From positions 123,628,001 to 123,692,000 of the forward strand of contig OX597819.1 in assembly GCA_951406725.2 (NCBI GenBank): a stretch of 64,000 nucleotides of DNA. Direction: 5' to 3'. The DNA is from Octopus vulgaris. Taxonomy: Eukaryota. Below, piece after piece: positions 57,740 through 64,000 of this stretch (position 1 is the stretch's first letter; each line of letters begins with the position of its first letter). Under the pieces are notes generated by a model that was not told the origin of the DNA, did no database searches, and saw only the letters and a list, made by a program, of their open reading frames with translations. The position numbers and the translations under genes were made by a program.

Positions 57740-58560
57740 TAAATTCTCATTTGAATGTTATTTTCTGCCATGACTTTTAAAGTTTGCTACAGATTTTCTT
57801 GCAAGTCTATACACATATAGAATATGAGTTAAGGATCGATTGAGACAAAAAACTTTTTTGTAGGCGTAAAGGGAGGCTCGTTACGTAAAAGAGTAGCGGT
57901 CCATAAAGAACAGATAAATCTCCCAGACTACCGTCAAATTCCACTAAGTAGCCACATAGACTCGTGCGCTAAAGACAAAAATCCTAAATTTTACATATTC
58001 CCCTTCTACCAATGTAAAGACGGAATCACTACACAAGAAAGAATTAACAAGGAGAATGTTTTTATTGAAAAATTAAAAACGCATCTTAATATGCAAATTC
58101 CACGATGATCATACTTCTTTTTTCTAACATCCTATCTGACAAAAAATTGATAATCCCAATTGAAGAGCATAAAATCCACAGAGTTGTCTCCCCTTACACA
58201 CAGAAACTGGATAACTCCTATACCATCTCCTGTTTTGACATTCATTTAACAAACATCCTAAATTAAACACCACGTTTAATCACATGGATCTTAATCCTCC
58301 AAGGTAATTTTTCCATGGAAAAAGATACATAAAGACTTTACAATGTATCGGTATACAAGTTTTGTATATGTTTATTATTATTTTTTTGTAAAAAACAATG
58401 TAAATTTCTTTTTTCCCCCACCTCAATTTGAAAAAAAACTTTCTTTTCACCTTTCAATTCTTGAAAATTTGCATTGCTATGAAAACCGGTAAGAGATAAT
58501 ATTTTTCAAAAAATTTTTTATAATTTTCCATACACCCATTTTTATTAAAATTTACCTTCA
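57740..58560 (+). pseudogene. PLE GIY-YIG 3' remnant with degenerate hammerhead (58458-58495)
   Basis: SLRKRVAVHKEQI...QIPLSSHIDSC...FYIFPFYQ..ERINKENVFIEKLKTHLN parallels 31622-31873; downstream ttgaaaa...gaaaaccggta. Confidence 0.65.
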
Positions 58561-58878
58561 GTTTAGCATTCTGCCTTTTTATAATTTTTCCTCGCCTATA
58601 TATATATATATATATAGCTGTATATGTATATATATGTATGTATACATTCGAGGCTTTCTTCCAAGGAATCTAATGCGCTTGGCTTAGATTTTCCTTTGGG
58701 GCTGGCCAGGTCGGAGCAATCTCAAGATTAATCAGCCGAAATTGCAAAGATGATCCGGTTCTTGACTGAAGATTGAAGGCTTCGAATGTCCCGTCCGTGT
58801 TTTTTGTGTCGTCTTCTAAATGTTTCACGTTCTTGTCCCAGTTTGTATTTTTTTACTTTTACATATATATATATATAT

Positions 58879-59622
58879 ATCACTTTGACCGACCAGTCCG
58901 TCAGGCGTCCATTTGACACCACTGGTCACAGCACGCTGTCCACTCCTCCCTGGATCGCGCCTTTCTCATCCACGTGATCCCAATCGTCCTCTTGAAATCG
59001 TCACTCCACCGTCGTGGAGGTCTTCCGGGTGATCTTTTCCGCTCACGCGGGTACCACTCGACAACTGCGTGCGTCCACCGATTATCGGTGAGCCGGGCGA
59101 CGTGTCCAGCCCATCTATACTTGCTGCAAGTATACTCTGCAATGACATCTCTCACGCCGGACTCCTTTCTGATGATGTTGCTATTTATGTGCTCTCTCAA
59201 CGAGATACCAAGCATTGACCTTTCCATGGCTCTTTGAGCTGTTATCAGTCTTTGCTCTTCTCTCTTTGTGGTAGCCCATGTTTCACTACCATATAACATT
59301 GCAGGCAGAACTGCACTGTTAATGAGGTTGGCGCGGGGGGGTCCTGTCCAACCTTCCCTTGAGCACATCCCTTATGCCATTGAATGCCTTCCATCCGGCC
59401 CTTACTCTCCGTGAGATCTCCTTTTTGATATCCTGGCACATATTTACTTCCTGTCCCAGGTAGACATATTCTCTCACCTCCTCTATTTCATCACTGCCTA
59501 TCACCATTCGACCTGTTGGTACGTTGTCTGACCGCATGAACTTTGTTTTCATGCGGTTCATCTTGAGACCTACTGCAGAACTTTTGATGTCGAGCTCCGT
59601 CAGCATGCTCTGAAGCTGATCC
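58879..59622 (-). pseudogene. RTE-clade LINE 3' fragment inserted in (TA)n
   Basis: [72 protein letters not shown]. Confidence 0.9.
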
Positions 59623-59786
59623 ATGTATATATATATATATACGTATATATATGTGTATATATACATATATATACGTATATATATAGGCATATGTATATGT
59701 ATATATACATATTTATGTATATATATATATGTATATATATATGTATATATACATATATATGCATGTTTATATACATATATATATGT

Positions 59787-59841
<55 letters not shown>

Positions 59842-60205
59842 ACTATCGCAAATAGGAGGATAATTAATTAAAATAATTTATTCCCAGTCGTTAGCATGCA
59901 TAAATAAAAGTCATAAGGCATAACATATTTTTAAAAATATAAGAATGTATAAAATGTTCTTATGCACAAAGATGAGACCATTGAAAGGACTCTTTACATG
60001 ATAAAAGGGCGATTTAGAACCCAAACCACGAAACAGGGAATTCATGACGCACGACATTATAAAATTAGAATGAACAAAAAAAATTAATTATTAATTTCGA
60101 ACTCGAGTTTCGTTATTAATTGGCAGATATATTAATTTAGAATCTGTAGCTCATCAGCGAAATCGCTGAAGATTTATGTAGTTGCAAATACGTAATATAT
60201 GTATG

Positions 60206-60266
<61 letters not shown>

Positions 60267-60267
60267 A

Positions 60268-60373
<106 letters not shown>

Positions 60374-60385
60374 TATTTATCTAAT

Positions 60386-60890
60386 ATACACACAGTTATC
60401 AAAATTTCTGATCTAAGCGTCTTAATATGTTTTCAGGGGTGTAGAATTTACAATGTAAAAATTTTTTTTCTCATTCCAGGTACCATTATATTAAACATTT
60501 ATGAAAAGTAACCATGCCACGCACAAAAAAATTCAGCAGAACTGTCAGATTTTCAAAGAGGTCGTATTGTTGAGCAATCTGAGGTTGGTCTTAGCCAGCG
60601 AAAAGTTGTCGAAAATCTTCAAATTCCTCTTGCTACTGTTAATAGAGTTATATTGCAATTCAAAAGCCAATGAAAAGAATCAGCAGATTCTCGTCCCGGC
60701 CGACTTGGTCCCTCGGAAACGAAACTTCGCTGTTTGAAGAGAATTGTGGAAAACGAACCCCGTTAGAAGGCTTCTGATATTGCAAAATCGCTAGAAATTA
60801 GTCCAAGAATGTGTGTTACATATCTGCATAAGCTTGTGTATTATGGACGAGCAGCTAGAAGAAAACTTCTCCTTCAACCGATTAATATCA
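60386..60890 (+). pseudogene. Tc1-like transposon 5' remnant
   Basis: TA-CAG-like start, MPRTKK start, HTH-like segment, YGRAARRKLLL. Confidence 0.55.
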
Positions 60891-61478
60891 TACAAAAGAT
60901 TTTGAAAAATATATATATAAGATAAGGAAGAGAAGAAATGGAGCAATACATAACAATTGGAATTTGATCATTAGTACTGAATGATCATATTTTAATTATG
61001 GCTAAAATAACATTTACAGCTGTGTCAATTCGTTATTTTTGAGGTAAACTTGCGTTTACCTAACCAGCGTCATCAGAATGACTTGAACTTTACCAGAGGA
61101 ATATTTACTTTTGCGCAGGTCGACGCGCTGGTAGAATCGTTTACGCGCTGCGAAAATTGTTTGGCGGCATTGCGTTCTTCTTCACATTTTTATTCCAAAT
61201 TCCACAGAGGTCGACTTGCCCACTCCGTAGAAATTCATGAGTTTGCACCAATAATTTGAAACTGATATTTTCTATTGTTTTATTTTAATTACAGATGTAC
61301 ACGTATGCACTCGCTTTGCTTCTCTTTCTTCCTCTCCTTGTCAATTGTTATAACGGTATTGTGGATAGCATTGTAGCTGCGAGTAAGATTTCATTTTTTA
61401 TTACATTTAAAAAGATATATATTTGTACTTGTCACACTATGAACTTCGTTTAGATCACTTCAAGTACCTACATAATTC

Positions 61479-61921
61479 GGATCTTTTCGGTTTGACCGGC
61501 AGTTTTTTCTAGCGGTGTCATATGAAATTGTCACCCATAATTATGACCCTAGTATCGATCTATTGCACTTCAATCTGTTTTAGGGTTAGGGTTAGAGTTA
61601 GGGTTAGTTAGGGTTAGGGTTAGGGTTAGGGTTAGGAGTATCTTTTTTCTCCAGAAATGTAAATAAACCCAATCTGTTTCTTAAACGAGGGACATATTCA
61701 TACGGCGCAGAATGTTTTTACCTCAATAGACGTCATTGATTGGTTGAAATTGCAGAAATTGAAGAAAAAAACAACAAATATCTTACAAACTATAGAATAT
61801 TCTCAATAAAGCCAAGAGAAAAAGGTGTTTTATAAACACATTCTACCAGTATACTAAGTTTAAAAGTGTTTAGTTACGCGGAAATTATTTTTAAAAACTG
61901 CCATTCAAACCGAAAAGATCC
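61479..61921. mobile_element. MITE with GG-ended ~29-bp TIRs and 8-bp TSD (Merlin-like), containing (TTAGGG)n
   Basis: cataattc|ggatcttttcggtttgaccggcagttttt ... aaaaactgccattcaaaccgaaaagatcc|cataattc. Confidence 0.85.
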
Positions 61922-62197
61922 CATAATTCTTCTTCCAGTCGCCTTCAACATTTCAAACGGTCAGATATTATTGTGAACAGTTTCTAAAACCATTTGCAAA
62001 ATTTTGTAATTCGCTAAAATAAATAATTTAATCAGTACGAATTTTATTATCGATCATCTTCACACCTACAACGTCTGTAAATAAAGTTTAAATGCTGATA
62101 TTACAAAAACTATATATCAAGTTTTAACACTGATCTTCTAGAACGCTGCGTTTCTGTGTGAACTAATAAATTAACATCAGTAAATATATTTATTTAC

Positions 62198-62892
62198 ACG
62201 AGCTGGCAGAAACGTTAGCACGCCCGGCGAAATTCTTAGCGGTATTTCATCTGCCGCTATGTTCTGATTTGAAATTCCGAGTGAAACGCTTCGTGGCATT
62301 TCGTCTACCACTACGTTCTGAGTTCAAATTCTGCCGAGGTCGACTTTGCCTTTCATCCTTTCGGGGTCGATTAAATAAGTACCAGTTACGCACTGGGGTC
62401 GATATAATCGACTTAATCCGTGTGTCTGTCCTTGGTTGTCCTCTCTGTGTTTAGCCCCTTGTGGGTAGTAAAGAAATAGGTATTTCGTCTGTCTAAAGCG
62501 GCGAGCTGGCAGAAACGTTAGCACGCCGGGCGAAATGCTTAGCGGTATTTCGTCTGTCGCTACGTTCTGAGTTCAAATTCCGCCGAGGTCGACTTTGCTT
62601 TTCATCCTTTCGGGGTCGAGTAAATAAGTACCAGTTACGCACTGGGGTCGATATAATCGACTTAATCCGTGTGTCTGTCCTTGTTTGTCCTCTCTGTGTT
62701 TATCCCCTTGTGGGTTGTAAAGAAATAGGTATTTCGTCTGCCTTCATGTTCTGAGTTCAAATTCCGCCGAGGTCGACTTTGCCTCTCATCCTTTCGCGGG
62801 TCGATAAATTAAGTACCAGTTACGCACTGCGGTCGATCTAATCGACTGGCCCTCTCTCCAGAAATTTTTAGCCTTTTGCCCAGAGTAGAAAA
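62198..62892 (+). mobile_element. Nested/tandem array of SINE family 2 copies
   Basis: At least three repeats of ttctgagttcaaatt...gcctttcatcctttcggggtcga...gtaccagttacgcact. Confidence 0.85.
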
Positions 62893-64000
62893 ATATATTT
62901 ATTTATACGAAACTGTGACGGGAGTGGCTGTGTGGTAAGTAGCTGGCTTACCAACCACATGGTTCCTGGTTCAGTCCCACTGCATGGCACTTTGGGCAAG
63001 TGTCTTCTGCTATAGCCTCGGGCCGACTAAAGCCTTGTGAGTGCATTTAGTAGACGGAAACTGAAAGAAGCCCGTCGTATATATGTATATATATATATAT
63101 TTGTGTGTGTGTTTGTGTGTCTGTGTGTGTACCCCCAACAAAGCTTGACAACCAATGCTGGTGTGTTTACATCCCTGTAACTTAGCGGTTCGGCAAAAGA
63201 GACCGATAGAATAAGTACTAGGCTTACAAAGAATAAGTCCTGTGGTCGATTTACTCGACTAAAGGCGGTGCTCCAGCAAGGCCACAGTCAAATGACTGAA
63301 ACAAGTAAAAGAGTAAAAGAGTAAAAGAGTAACTCATCTTTTACAGACATAAAACCTTCTTAAGTGCAAACGCGAACGCTAATTTATTTTCGTATCTTGT
63401 ACTTCCTGTTATTGTCTTTGAAAATATTATACGAACATATTCGATAAACATCTACTAAACCATTGATCCGCAATGACGAAGCAGTGTAGTTTTGCCTTGT
63501 GATTTAATAGTATAGAGATTGTTAGAGATTTGAATCTCCAAATTCTCTCATTCTACCTTACTCTTTTATTCTTTTACTCTTTTACTTGTTTCAGTCATTT
63601 GACTACGGCCATGCTGGAGCACCGCCTTTAGTCGAGCAAATCGACCCTGGGACTTATTCTTTGTAACCCCAGTACTTATTCTATCGGTCTCTTTTGATGA
63701 ACAGCTAAGTGACGGGGACGTAAACACGCCAGCATCGGTTGTTAAGCAATGCTAGGGGGGACAAATACAGACACACAAACATATACACACATATACATAT
63801 ACATATATACGACAGGCTTCTTTCAGTTTCCGTCTACAAAATCCACTCACAGGGCTTTGGTCGGCCCGAGGCTATAGTAGAAGACACTTGCCCAAGATGC
63901 CACGCAGTGGGACTGAACCCTGAACCATGTGGTTGGTTAGCAAGCTACTTACCACACAGCCACTTCTACGCCTATATTCCGTTATTCACTACTTTTTCTT

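Overview
Animal (eukaryotic) genomic DNA made almost entirely of transposable elements and microsatellites. I infer a cephalopod, probably Octopus, from the SINE families and very long (TA)n/(TAA)n tracts. No host protein-coding exon could be supported. Main structures: (1) a ~9.3-kb inverted duplication (about 1632-10968 vs 29690-38940) whose arms carry reciprocal microhomology-flanked deletions; (2) several Penelope-like elements (RT + GIY-YIG) in (TA)n tracts, whose pseudo-LTRs carry type I hammerhead ribozyme folds (three well-formed copies plus several minimal or degenerate variants); (3) two 5S rRNA copies fused to an RTE-LINE-like 3' tail, a candidate 5S-derived SINE; (4) LINE fragments of the R4/Dong, CR1-group, RTE and Tx1 types, with SINEs sharing their 3' ends; (5) non-autonomous DNA elements: Helitrons, mariner/Tc1 derivatives and a GG-ended MITE with an 8-bp TSD that carries TTAGGG repeats; (6) many local fold-back inverted repeats next to (TA)n. 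Coordinates were read by eye and may be off by a few bases. No searches or folding programs were run.
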